Part shown: positions 35,326 through 45,336 of the stretch, piece after piece
Layout: each line of letters begins with the position of its first letter
Numbering within the stretch: position 1 is the stretch's first letter
IMG/VR virus record: IMGVR_UViG_3300034091_000306
Source of the DNA: an uncultured virus (IMG/VR IMGVR_UViG_3300034091_000306)
Lineage: Duplodnaviria > Heunggongvirae > Uroviricota > Caudoviricetes
Direction: 5' to 3' (one strand)
Length of the DNA stretch: 64,000 bases
The notes under the pieces: model-generated
What the model was told of the DNA's origin: nothing
What the model saw: only the letters and a program-made list of their open reading frames with translations
Database searches by the model: none
Made by a program: the position numbers and the translations under genes

Positions 35326-36492
35326 ATGAGCGAACAGAGGAAGCCGGGAACATCACCGATCATGCGCGGCGCCGCCGCGCCGGTTACGCGAGGTATCAGC
35401 GCACCATCCGTCACGCAGATAGGCGATCTTCAACGCAGAATTGCGGAGAACTACTCCATCCACATCTCGAAGTTCTTGGATGAAGAGATCGCAGAAGTTC
35501 CGTTTCTCGTTGCGGGGTGCATCCCGCGAGGGTGTATCGCACTTCTCACTGGGGAGAGCGGCGCCGGGAAGAGCTTCGTCGCCTACGATCTGGCGCGCGC
35601 CGTTGCGACAGGCGGCTCATGGTTGAACCGCGGAATCCCTCTCGCAGCGCCCGAGAATGTACTCATTTTGAACTATGACAATCCTAGCGACGAGCTAAAG
35701 CGGCGAATAATCAAGCTCGGTTTCCCGCACGATGCAAATTGTTACATTCATTCACAGGGAATGACGATGCCTGTGAAGGGTGCTCCCGAGATGCTCAGAA
35801 TCCCGGATGAGCAATCGAAACTGAAATACATGATTATGGAGCGTCGTCCTGCTGTCATCATCTTTGACTCTCTTCGTCAGGGGCAGACGAAGGACGAGAA
35901 TGACAATAAGGCGATGGCAGATGTCTGGCAAATATACAAATCTTGGACCGAGCTAGACTTCAAGCCGACGGTCATCCCGCTACACCACACATCCAAAAGC
36001 AGTCAGAACAATGATTGGAGCTCCAATGCGCGAGGTTCTGGGGAAATCATCTCGAGCTCGGATGTCGTCATCGAAGTGCGCGTTGATAAGGACAAGAATC
36101 ACACGCTCCACTGGACGAAGAACCGCCTGTGGGAAATCGGGCAGACATCTTCCACGAAGTTCAACATCGTCGACAAGTATTCTGACGGCGACGAAAGCGT
36201 CGATGTCGATAAAGATATTGACGATGAAGAACTTGGCATGATGCACACGATCGTGACTGCGCTGAGTCCTCTTCCCGGTGAGGGTGAACGCAAGGTCGTA
36301 GAGCGCGTCGTCAACTTCATCCGAAGTCGTGATCCCCTCGTGAAGGTGACGACGCTCGCGGAAATCCACAAGGAAATTCCCATGGCGAAAACCGCTATCG
36401 TAGAGGCGGTTCAACGTGCTCGCGCTCAGCGGCTCATCAAGTTCAAGCATACGAACAACGCGAAGGGCTACGTTCTCGCGGACAAGCCGTGA
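35326..36492 (+). CDS. RepA-like/AAA_25 (RecA-fold) replicative helicase with C-terminal wHTH-like domain
   Basis: GESGAGKS, IIFDSL, DEND, LHHTSK, ARGSG. Confidence 0.85.
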   Translation: MSEQRKPGTSPIMRGAAAPVTRGISAPSVTQIGDLQRRIAENYSIHISKFLDEEIAEVPFLVAGCIPRGCIALLTGESGAGKSFVAYDLARAVATGGSWLNRGIPLAAPENVLILNYDNPSDELKRRIIKLGFPHDANCYIHSQGMTMPVKGAPEMLRIPDEQSKLKYMIMERRPAVIIFDSLRQGQTKDENDNKAMADVWQIYKSWTELDFKPTVIPLHHTSKSSQNNDWSSNARGSGEIISSSDVVIEVRVDKDKNHTLHWTKNRLWEIGQTSSTKFNIVDKYSDGDESVDVDKDIDDEELGMMHTIVTALSPLPGEGERKVVERVVNFIRSRDPLVKVTTLAEIHKEIPMAKTAIVEAVQRARAQRLIKFKHTNNAKGYVLADKP

Positions 36493-36704
36493 TCGAGCTC
36501 ATCGGCGACTCGCCTTGCATCAAGGGCATCCGTGTTTGCCGCATTTTCATGTGGGAGATGCGGGGCGAGTCGATGCGGGATCTCGAGAAGATGTATCCGT
36601 CGCTGACGAAGGGAGAGATCCTTGATGCTCTCACCTTCGCCGCGAAGAATCCTGCGCTCATGAAAGCGGAAATCGCCAAGGAACACATGGCGGTAAGGCT
36701 GTGA
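36489..36704 (+). CDS. DUF433-family protein
   Basis: PCIKGIRV...GES...YPSLT...I.DAL.FA. Confidence 0.75.
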   Translation: MIELIGDSPCIKGIRVCRIFMWEMRGESMRDLEKMYPSLTKGEILDALTFAAKNPALMKAEIAKEHMAVRL

Positions 36705-36717
36705 TACGCTTTGGTTC

Positions 36718-37494
36718 ATGAACGACAACAATGACAACGCTGAAGCGTCTGAAGACATCCACATCGTAGCGAAGCCCAAGCTAGAGCTAGTGAAGCCTGC
36801 GGCTATCGTCGCGCTTGCGCCTACGCCTGCGATCATTGAGCAGAAATCCGTTCAAGCGACGATAGAGAAGGTCTTCGATCAGAGGATGAAAGGCTTGGGG
36901 GCGCCTCCGGCACCGCCACCAGGACTCCCCGTCAACATCCAAGCGGACTGGACGATCCTTACCAACCTTCAGCTGTATCTGAATCAGGTCAACACAGACG
37001 CCAGCCGCCTGTTGGACGATGCCTCTGTTCTTCAGAGTCTTGCCGGAAGCCCGACAGCTGAGGTACAGGACATCAACAAGGCGTACGCCACCCTCTATAC
37101 GTCTTTCGGGATGACACCAGGGCAGCAAGCGACGGCCATCCAGTCGGCCGTCAACGATCTCGTCACGCAGGCGAATACGATCACGACGCAGGCGGCGACT
37201 ATTGCTCAGATGACCGCCAACGATGCGAAATCCACCGCAGACGTGATCGCCTACGAAAGTACCCTGAAGAGTCAGATCGCTGCCCTGCAAGCGCAGGTTA
37301 CTGTCTTACAGCACAACGCTTCAACACCTGCCGCGCCGCCTGTACAGAGCACTCCTGCAGCATCGATAAGCAATACAACGACGTTCCTCGTCGGAACGGT
37401 AGCGGTCCTCGGGATCATCGGAGCGGCCTGGTACCTCTCGAAGAACCGTCCAAGCGAGAGCCCGATGCCGCGCCGGTTGCCTGTTACACACTAA
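36718..37494 (+). CDS. coiled-coil protein with C-terminal TM anchor
   Basis: Gln/Ala heptads; FLVGTVAVLGIIGAAWYL followed by basic residues. Confidence 0.65.
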   Translation: MNDNNDNAEASEDIHIVAKPKLELVKPAAIVALAPTPAIIEQKSVQATIEKVFDQRMKGLGAPPAPPPGLPVNIQADWTILTNLQLYLNQVNTDASRLLDDASVLQSLAGSPTAEVQDINKAYATLYTSFGMTPGQQATAIQSAVNDLVTQANTITTQAATIAQMTANDAKSTADVIAYESTLKSQIAALQAQVTVLQHNASTPAAPPVQSTPAASISNTTTFLVGTVAVLGIIGAAWYLSKNRPSESPMPRRLPVTH

Positions 37495-37799
37495 GAAGCA
37501 GCGCGTCTAGCGCGCGCCTTCTCGGCGTGCGCCGCGCGGCACGCCTCGCAGCGACAGCCGTTGCGGTACATGGAGTTCGATCCGTGTGTTGCACGCTCCT
37601 GTCCTCGAGACGCGATGAGTTGATCGACCTTGTCCGGCTGCTGCGCGCCCGCCCACGCCGCCGCGTGCGGCTTTCCGCAGAACGGACCGTGCTTGCCCTG
37701 CGTGCGGTTGTGACGCTCGAGACGCGCCTCACGTTCGAAGACCTTGCCGCAATGCAAACACGTGAGCGACCACATCTCGCGAGCCATTCGCGTGGTCAC
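37491..37799 (-). CDS. zinc-finger protein
   Basis: CLHCGKVFER...FCG and HG...YRNGCRCEACRAAH; GTGA overlap start. Confidence 0.65.
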   Translation of the reverse strand: MTTRMAREMWSLTCLHCGKVFEREARLERHNRTQGKHGPFCGKPHAAAWAGAQQPDKVDQLIASRGQERATHGSNSMYRNGCRCEACRAAHAEKARARRAAS

Positions 37800-38176
37800 G
37801 ACGGCTCTTCGCCGCTCGTCATTAGCGGAGCAACGCTGCAGGTTACACAAAAACGTGAGTCGTCGTTGTCGCACAGGAGAACGACCCATCGCGCGCTTGT
37901 CGATCCAGGCAGCTCCTCAATCCGATTGGCGGTATCGTTGAACATTGTTCCGATACACTTACGTAAGTATTGAATTACCGCCTTTCGAGGCATCGTGCGA
38001 ATGATGGATTCGTCACTCTTACGCATGGCGAGGCAGACAACGTCTGCGAACGGATCATTTTTGAGCGTATGCGCTAATACCGCAGTGATCGCATCTTCTA
38101 CTTCTTCGAAGTAGGTCTTGGCCGCTGCGACAGCCGCTTCGTCATTTAGGAATTTGCTCACGATTTTTCCCTCCAT
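37796..38176 (-). CDS. hypothetical protein
   Basis: 126-aa ORF coupled to the downstream gene. Confidence 0.5.
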   Translation of the reverse strand: MEGKIVSKFLNDEAAVAAAKTYFEEVEDAITAVLAHTLKNDPFADVVCLAMRKSDESIIRTMPRKAVIQYLRKCIGTMFNDTANRIEELPGSTSARWVVLLCDNDDSRFCVTCSVAPLMTSGEEPS

Positions 38177-38233
38177 TGGTCGGAGATGGATGTGTAGCAG
38201 ACGAAGCTTGCTCTGTCACGCATTTCGTGGCAT

Positions 38234-38416
38234 ATGTCGGACATGCCGAAGGAAAACATGGACGCCGCCTTTACGATCCGCCTGACCTCCGAGGAACATA
38301 CGAAGCTCGAGGCACTCGCTGAGTTGGATCACGTCTCGAAGAGTCACATAATCCGCGTCGGGCTACGAAGCCTATACGCGCAACGCTTCCCGGAGAAGAA
38401 GGTGAAGCGTGGCTGA
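38234..38416 (+). CDS. CopG-like ribbon-helix-helix regulator
   Basis: FTIRLTSEEHTKLEALAELDHVSKSHIIRVGL. Confidence 0.75.
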   Translation: MSDMPKENMDAAFTIRLTSEEHTKLEALAELDHVSKSHIIRVGLRSLYAQRFPEKKVKRG

Positions 38417-39237
38417 GGAGATCAACTCCGAGATGACCGAGGCTCTGCAGCTTGCCATCGAACTATTCGAGCAGCGTTAGCGAACCGCGCGATGCGTTTG
38501 GAATTGTGAAGGCGATAATCATCGTTGGGAGTGTGCTTGTCGCACGATGGGCGGCGGCTTTATGCATGATGAAATCTTCGAATTATTTTCAAAAGCTAAA
38601 TGCCAATCGTAAGAAGTGGCGCATCATCCGAGAGCGTGCGGCAGCCAAACAACTCAGAGAAGAAGGCATTCCTCCTAACGAGGAGGAGAAGAATACATCC
38701 AAGAAGAAGGCCGAATCCATATATCCGGGTGATGTCTACGACAAGTTGACGGTCATCGAACAGCGTCCATCCAAAAGAGGATATGCCATGGCGCTCTTTC
38801 GATGCTCTGGCACGTCCGTCGACTGCGCTGAGGAGGTCGTCATGCGTGTCTCGTCAGCGCGTTACAACTTGAAAAAATCGGGGTGGTGCTCGTGCGCGCC
38901 GTGTTATCACGCAGCAGGCGGGGCTGGAATCATCTGGAAGCAGAAGGCGGTACAAAAGAAGACGCCTCAACTTCCCACACGCGCAACAGAAGACGAACAG
39001 TCAACAGCGATCGATCTCGAGCGCCTCGTGAAACAGCGTGTCGTTGCATTCATCGAGGGGCGTCCTTCGTTCGTGAAGATCACGACGCTCGATGAGCTAC
39101 GAGAGACTCTCAAGGAGCCGCGTCCAAAGCTGATCAAAGCTCTCTTACAAGCGCAGGCTGACAGATCCATCGAGCGCAAACGCACTCGTTGGGCGACTGG
39201 TTACGTCCTCTCAAAGGCGCCGACGAATTCTTCTTGA
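38409..39237 (+). CDS. Cys-rich DNA-binding protein with C-terminal wHTH-like domain (probable frameshift near 38470)
   Basis: GDVYDKLTVIE...FRC...C...CSCAPC segment as seen in phage HNH-associated domains; C-terminus paralogous to the helicase C-terminus. Confidence 0.5.
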
Positions 39238-40207
39238 CGCCGTAGAGCACTTGATCGTGAACGCCCGTTTTGACCCTCAAAAAATAAATTTTCGATGATC
39301 AGATTTCGCATACTTAGCGTCTCTTGCTATACAGCTTCTAGACAGGCTGTTTTAGGCCCTCAGATTTCGTCGGGTGGTAAGAAAGTGTGTCATTTCGGGG
39401 ATGTAGATTGTACCCCACCATCATGCGCCCCCTTCATAGAAGGGCGGGGCCGCGTGGCGGGGGAAATTCTAACACCCCGTTGACCTGACGCAGCACCCCG
39501 GTGTACTTGTGGACCTCCACCCTGAAGCACGTCTCCATGAAGCCGGCCCTGGTCCTGAAAAAGGATCAGGGCCGTTTCGCATTTCTAACCATCATCATCT
39601 CATCACAGTCATTTTGAACATGAAACTTGGCCTCGGTTCGACCATGAGAAATCTTGACGACCGGCAAGTTTTCTTCAAATCAATCGTCAACGAACCTGTC
39701 GATCAAATCCTCACGAATCTGCAACGCGCGTCCTCGTCGATCTACGTTCCCGAGTTCCTCTTGAATCATCGCGGCAACCGTCACAACAATCCGAGTTGAC
39801 GCACGGCAGGTCGTCCGCTACCTTCTCATCACCTCGAGCAACCCTCCCCCCGCTCGGTCGCGCCCTCGGATCGCCCCACGGTTCGAGGGCGCTTTCTTTT
39901 CGGGCTCATTTCGCCGGGCTTCTTCGGGTGTGATCGCTGAGATCCCGAGAAAATAGCGGTGAAATCGTCGTGTGCCGGGCGCACGTACGAAATATCTGTG
40001 GGTGTTCGCGGACCTGCAGGTCTTCGATTCCAATTTGTTGACGAGGCGCCATGCCGTCGGCTACAGCTCGGATCTCACTCGATCGCCGGTTTCCGTGTGG
40101 GGATGTTCAAGCGGAACCGATGACGCGGTGAGCCACAGAGCAGGGGCAGGAGGGACGACCGATGAGAGCTTCGGCGGCAGAGTTGCGTTCGTTGTGCGGG
40201 GTGACCT

Positions 40208-41098
40208 ATGCCCTATAGTGCGAAGGACGTCCGCGCTCGCGAGCGGATCTTACAAGTCCTCCTCCTTGGACCCCCGAAATCGGGAAAAACGGTCGCGGCC
40301 GTCCTTAGCCTGCCGTCGCCGGTCTTCGTGCTCAACACGGACGGTCCCGGCGCTCTCGACTACGTCGCATCAGAGTGCGCCGACGATGACGAACGCTTCA
40401 TGGCCGAGGATGTCTCGGGAACACCGGGCTACGAAAAGGGACTCGCGTATCTCCGCGCCAATCGCAACAAGTTCAAGTCCATCGTCTTCGACAACGTCAC
40501 GTTCTTCGTCGAATCGCTTTACAAGGAGGTCCGCGCCGAAGTAGGTCGTGACGACCCCCGAGCTATCTATCCCGAGATCACACGAAAGCTCCTCGGAGTG
40601 ATCCGCGAGCTTCGTGATCTCAAGAAGCACTTCGTGTGCATCAGCCAGTCCGATCCTGGCGACACCAACATCGCAGGTTCCTTCGGACATCTCGTCGCGG
40701 TGAGCGGTAAGGCAAAAATATTGTTGCCTGCGATGTTCCAGGATCTCCTGTGGCTTGAGACCTCGGTGAACGACGCCGGCATCGCGAAGCGTGAGTTCCT
40801 CCTCGCGCCCGCCGGCAACTGGACCAAAGGCGCGCGATCGGTGCAAGGCCTCCCTCGCATGGAAGCCGACTTCACCGAGTTCTTACGCCTTGCGAACGCG
40901 GGCGCGTTGCCGAAGAAAAAGGTCGTCGCGAAGCCGGCACCTGCGGCGAAGGTCGCAGCTCCGCCGCACACGATGCCTGTTCGCAAGGTTGCGCCGTCAC
41001 CTATACCAGTACGAGCAGCGGCAGCGACGAACGGCGCAATGTCGAGGCCCGGAGGCTGGAAGCCCAATGTTACTGCGCAGGCGAGGCCGCGGCAGTGA
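40208..41098 (+). CDS. AAA_24/Sak4-like ATPase
   Basis: LLLGPPKSGKT, SIVFDNVT; lies upstream of an SSB-like gene. Confidence 0.75.
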   Translation: MPYSAKDVRARERILQVLLLGPPKSGKTVAAVLSLPSPVFVLNTDGPGALDYVASECADDDERFMAEDVSGTPGYEKGLAYLRANRNKFKSIVFDNVTFFVESLYKEVRAEVGRDDPRAIYPEITRKLLGVIRELRDLKKHFVCISQSDPGDTNIAGSFGHLVAVSGKAKILLPAMFQDLLWLETSVNDAGIAKREFLLAPAGNWTKGARSVQGLPRMEADFTEFLRLANAGALPKKKVVAKPAPAAKVAAPPHTMPVRKVAPSPIPVRAAAATNGAMSRPGGWKPNVTAQARPRQ

Positions 41099-41306
41099 CT
41101 CCGACCAAGCTGATCGAGATCGCTCGGCGTAGAGGCATCGTTCGCTGGCTGAAATCGGATCTCGTCGAACGTGTATCCATTAGCGAAGGCGGATGGGTAC
41201 GAACGAGAAGCACTCCTCACAAACCGAATGAATAGTATCGTGCATTGAAACTCGTAGCGGATTACTGCTGCGAAGAAGTTACTATTTCAACGGAGAGACA
41301 AACATC

Positions 41307-41951
41307 ATGAGCAAGACAGAGCAGCAGCAACAGTACGCAGAAGAGCCGATGGGCGGCGAAGCCGAATACGAGATGAACTGGGACGAAGTCGGCAGCCTTT
41401 GCCCCAAGGGCCTCTTCGACTTCAAGGTCGTCGACGCCAAGTACCAGCTCTCCAAGTCGCAGAAGCACATGGTCGTCGTACGCTTTGCCGTTGAGGGCGC
41501 CCACGACGAGGCGAACATGGAATCCAGCAAGAACAAGAGCGTCTTCGAGAACTTTCTCTTCACGACGTCGGCCGGCTTCCGCGTGAAGGGCTTCGCGAAG
41601 GCGACCGGGATCGAACTCCCGCCGCTCATCAACAAGGACATCCTCGAGCAGTGGGCGGCGAGCATCCATGACGTTATGGTGGCCGGCCTCGTCGACTACC
41701 AGGACTTCAACGGCGAGCCCAAGGCGACGATCAAGAAGTTCATCACCTATGGCACCGCTACGGAGGATCAGCCGCAGGAAGAGGAGGCGCCTCCGCCGCC
41801 AGCTCGTACAAACGGTACGACCGCCAAGGGCATCCGCGCCGCGGTGAACGGCGCAGCGAACGGCAAGGTCAACGGACACGCGAACGGCGCCAAGGCGAGC
41901 CCGCCCGCGAAGAAGACCGCCATCGGTCAGAAGGCGCAGGCGCGAAAGTAA
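41307..41951 (+). CDS. DUF669-like single-stranded DNA-binding protein
   Basis: PKGLFDFKVVDA...SKS..HMVVVRFAV...VFENF...F.KA.G...V....FNGE. Confidence 0.7.
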   Translation: MSKTEQQQQYAEEPMGGEAEYEMNWDEVGSLCPKGLFDFKVVDAKYQLSKSQKHMVVVRFAVEGAHDEANMESSKNKSVFENFLFTTSAGFRVKGFAKATGIELPPLINKDILEQWAASIHDVMVAGLVDYQDFNGEPKATIKKFITYGTATEDQPQEEEAPPPPARTNGTTAKGIRAAVNGAANGKVNGHANGAKASPPAKKTAIGQKAQARK

Positions 41952-41963
41952 GGGCGGCCTCCA

Positions 41964-43172
41964 ATGAGTGCCACGCCCAGTCGGGTTTCTTCGGTTCAGC
42001 TGTACCAACGACTGCACTGGTCAATGCTCCCAGTAGATGGGGAGTCAAAGGAGCCTCTCTGCGCGTGGCGCGCATTCACCGAACGCCTTCCTGACGCATT
42101 CGACATTCACAACTGGACGATGCGCTTCCCGAAGGCAGGAATCGCAGTCATTACAGGCCCGATCAGTGACCTACTTGTCCTAGACGCCGATGGACCCGAT
42201 GCAATCGCTGAAATCGAACGGAGAGGAATTCCGAAAACTCCGATGGTTCGAACGCCTGGGAATCCTGCGAAAGGAAGACCCGAGGGACTTCATTGCTACT
42301 TCAAACACCCAAAGGATCTCCCACCGTTCAAATCGTCTACGAAGCTCGGCGATTCCAAAAAGCTCGACGTACGAGGCGCGGGCTCTTACGTCGTGGCTCC
42401 GTACACTCGACGACGAGACGGACGAGCCTACCGCTGGATCGCACATCCCGATCGCACGCCGCTCGCCTACCCCCCGGCGTGGTTCCTTGGGATGCTGAAG
42501 GCCGCAGCCAAAGACCACCCTGCCCCCCACTGTGGGGGCCCCGTCGGTCAATCTACATCGAGCGGATCGAGCTCAAAACCTACGCACAAGGGACCGACGA
42601 GGCCCCCACAGAGGGGGGTCGAGGCCCTTGTCGAGGGGTTGCCGCCACGACTCAAGGGGCTCATCGAGCAGGTACTCTACAAGCCGTATCGGAGTGAGCG
42701 CGATTTCGACGCCGTCGTAGGCATGCTCGCGAATGGTCTCAACGAGGAGATGATCGAATCGATTTTCGATGCGTATCCCGTCGGGGACAAGTACCGCGAT
42801 GACGGTCAGCGCTATCTCGAGCGTACGATTTCGCTCGCGTACGATTGTGTGAAGGTCGTTCACATCAAGTACGCCGACATGAATTCGTATTCTTCTCGAA
42901 TGACCGACGGAACGGATCATCGACTTCAGCTCTGCTTTGAAGTTGAGGATGGTGGCGCGCTGATTCGATGCGGCATCACCGTTCCCAGCGGAGTCGAGGA
43001 CGGAGCAGAGCGATGGATCAAGTTCTTCGAAGCTGTGGGCCTCGCGCCTCCGTTCGGGGAGCGAGCGCTTTCTGTGGGACAACGTCTGATCGGAAGAAAG
43101 TTGCGCTTGGAGGTTGACAACAGAGGTAGGCGGCAGAACCCTGTTGCGGCCTTCTACAAAATACAGGAGTGA
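41964..43172 (+). CDS. bifunctional primase/polymerase (Prim-Pol) protein
   Basis: GIAVITG..SDLLVLDADG, VRT, GLHCYF, DVRGAGSYVVAP, YRW. Confidence 0.88.
   Translation: MSATPSRVSSVQLYQRLHWSMLPVDGESKEPLCAWRAFTERLPDAFDIHNWTMRFPKAGIAVITGPISDLLVLDADGPDAIAEIERRGIPKTPMVRTPGNPAKGRPEGLHCYFKHPKDLPPFKSSTKLGDSKKLDVRGAGSYVVAPYTRRRDGRAYRWIAHPDRTPLAYPPAWFLGMLKAAAKDHPAPHCGGPVGQSTSSGSSSKPTHKGPTRPPQRGVEALVEGLPPRLKGLIEQVLYKPYRSERDFDAVVGMLANGLNEEMIESIFDAYPVGDKYRDDGQRYLERTISLAYDCVKVVHIKYADMNSYSSRMTDGTDHRLQLCFEVEDGGALIRCGITVPSGVEDGAERWIKFFEAVGLAPPFGERALSVGQRLIGRKLRLEVDNRGRRQNPVAAFYKIQE
42523..42550 (-). repeat. 27-bp dispersed repeat, copy 10 (inside Prim-Pol)
   Basis: Reverse complement TGACCGACGGGGCCCCCACAGTGGGGGG. 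Confidence 0.85.
42592..42618 (+). repeat. 27-bp dispersed repeat, copy 11 (inside Prim-Pol)
   Basis: GACCGACGAGGCCCCCACAGAGGGGGG. Confidence 0.85.
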
Positions 43173-43465
43173 TTATGTTTGATTTGAAGGTATATCTCGA
43201 CGCTGGGTACAACTTGATCGCGCGTGCGGTGGATCTCTATGAACGACACGTAGTCGTGGAAGAGAAACAGCTGGCGCTTGATATCGAGAATACGAAGTTT
43301 ATGCGTGAGCGCAATCTTCTCGAAGCCGAGGAGTCAAAAGAAGCGGCAGAAGCCTCTCAGCGAACCGCCGCCAACGCGATGGCTGCGATGACCGAGATGA
43401 TCGCTGCGGCAACGCGAGGAGACGGTATGAATCTGCCTTGGGTGAAGACACCAAAACCGGAGTAG
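43169..43465 (+). CDS. hypothetical coiled-coil protein
   Basis: AGGAG RBS; coupled to Prim-Pol. Confidence 0.55.
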   Translation: MIMFDLKVYLDAGYNLIARAVDLYERHVVVEEKQLALDIENTKFMRERNLLEAEESKEAAEASQRTAANAMAAMTEMIAAATRGDGMNLPWVKTPKPE

Positions 43466-43471
43466 TAGTTC

Positions 43472-43735
43472 ATGTTCTCGTTCGAGATTTCGTTCGAGGA
43501 GTTTATCGAAGGTAGGAATCTTCGATGCCAATGTAAGCGGATGGCGCCGACATGCGCAGAGTATGTGCATGCGTTCCATTGTCCCATCGGCGTTGCGAAG
43601 GAAGAGTGGACCGCCAACGGTCGGAAGCTCTGGGATACGATCCAGAAGCGCGAGCATCTGGAGCTCAAAAAGGTGAAAGCACTTTCTGCTGCGGCAGCGG
43701 CAATGATGCGCCATAACGATTACGTGGGGGTATGA
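43472..43735 (+). CDS. hypothetical protein
   Basis: 87-aa ORF with GGAG RBS. Confidence 0.45.
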   Translation: MFSFEISFEEFIEGRNLRCQCKRMAPTCAEYVHAFHCPIGVAKEEWTANGRKLWDTIQKREHLELKKVKALSAAAAAMMRHNDYVGV

Positions 43736-43756
43736 GGCAATGGAGAGGAGGAAGCT

Positions 43757-44670
43757 ATGTCACTCGAATCGGACAAGCCTTCGGTCGAGCATCTGCTAGC
43801 CAAGATTACTCGCGCAAAAGCGGGCCCGCTAACGGATGTTCCTGTCATAGATTATGTCAGTTACCGCATTCAGCTTCCGACACCAAAAGAGCAGCTCGAG
43901 AAGGCGTTCGATTCTAGCATCAGTTTGTGTCATGCGACGTCGTCCCTTATCGAAATCTCTGAAGATGTCGAATCAACATTCGTCGTCAACGGTGTATCTC
44001 AATGTGACTATCTGCTGCTCGGTGTGCGGCTTCAGTTGAGCGGAGATCCGACGCGATTCGTTATTGGTGGCGAAGACGAGCAGGGACGTGCCGCCATACT
44101 CGAGTGGGGATCGAGTGACCCGCTGCGCCATTTTGCAGCGGCTTACAATCTTCATCTGATTGCTCAGCTTCATCTGATTGCTCAGCAGCGGTACATTCTG
44201 ATCAACATTTAGTTTCGGATATCGCAGAGTTTAGCCTGCAAGATCCTGTCGATGGTGATGTGTCGGCTGTTCGTCAAGTGGCGCGATTGAATGCGCTTTT
44301 GCAGGAACGTCAAATGTCTCGGTTCAAGCCGCCGTCTTCTTGGGGTAAAGGCGTATCGGAGAAGCGTGTGCTTGCGCCGATGACGCCTCCCGCCGATACT
44401 ATTCCGTTTGGTGTGTTCGTGGAAGCGGGCGTTCTCAATGCAACACTCGACTGCGTCAGCCTTGCCGAACGCGCACGCATGATCGAAGCGATGACGATCA
44501 TGAATACGTCGCCTATCGCCTATAGCGGCGGATCGTTCGCTATGCGTCTATCTTTTCACGGTTATGAACTGTCGCATCCGTGGAAGGAGTTGGTGCTCAA
44601 AAACGCGAACACGCTGCGTGAGGCAGGCCTAGCGTTTGCGCAGCCTATAGGAATGAGGGCACTCCGATGA
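43757..44670 (+). pseudogene. beta-rich protein apparently split by a frameshift near 44200
   Basis: ORF 43757-44212 ends QRYILINI*; the -1 frame reads DQHLVSDIAEF... into ORF 44260-44670; 18-bp tandem duplication (LHLIAQ x2) just upstream. Confidence 0.5.
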
Positions 44671-44897
44671 CGTTGTCGCATGAAGTTCAGTCGAAGCTCG
44701 CGCGTGTCGTGCTTCAACGCGGATTCGACTTTCTCGAACCGATTTTGAAGATGAATCGATCGACTATCGAGAAGGCAGCGGCTTTCGGGCAGTGCACCGA
44801 AATGCAGGCGAAGATCATCACCGTATTTGTTCAAGAGCGCGTCTTCGATAGCGTGCCCATCAGTAAGGTCAGACTAGAACCAATTTCAGAGAAGTAA
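44667..44897 (+). CDS. hypothetical protein
   Basis: 76-aa ORF with ATGA overlap. Confidence 0.5.
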   Translation: MTLSHEVQSKLARVVLQRGFDFLEPILKMNRSTIEKAAAFGQCTEMQAKIITVFVQERVFDSVPISKVRLEPISEK

Positions 44898-44925
44898 TTT
44901 ACGTAGTAGGATAGGAGAGAGAAAA

Positions 44926-45336
44926 ATGGATCTGCATCCAGTGCTTGTACGTGTACTGAAGTTCAAACTCGGGGAGGTGAAGTTGTCCGCGGCGGCAGAG
45001 AAAGCGCTCGCGCTGGACTACTATCGTTATGTGACGGGCGACGATCTTTTTGGCGGTTCGTCTGACGATGGATCCGATCAACCGGCTAATGCGTTGTCGA
45101 CCGCCTGCGCTGCCGCAACGGTCAAGAACTAGACCTGGGAGCCTGGTCACCTCATTGATGGAGTCATCAATGTGATGGGCAATAGGCGTGTCAATACGGT
45201 TTGGGTGTATGAGCAGTTTCAGTCGCTTGGATGGAAAGGAACGAAGACCTCCATTCGAAAGACTATGTACAAGGGCGTAGATCTCGGCATGCTTAGGCGT
45301 GTGGGAGGCGGCCTTTACGAACTTACGACGAAATAG
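44926..45336 (+). pseudogene. wHTH-like protein with in-frame TAG at 45130-45132
   Basis: The same frame continues TWEPGHLIDGV...SIRKTM...GMLRRVGGGLYEL up to the base before the next ATG. Confidence 0.45.

Noticed and set aside
39509..40544. ORFs 39509-39799, 39818-40033 and 39972-40544 as genes
   Set aside because: No clear RBS or recognisable motifs, and the last one overlaps the Sak4-like gene
45130..45132. Genome-wide amber (TAG) recoding
   Set aside because: Many well-defined genes end at TAG directly before the next gene (5431, 13713, 26964), long genes have no internal TAG, and no suppressor tRNA is seen
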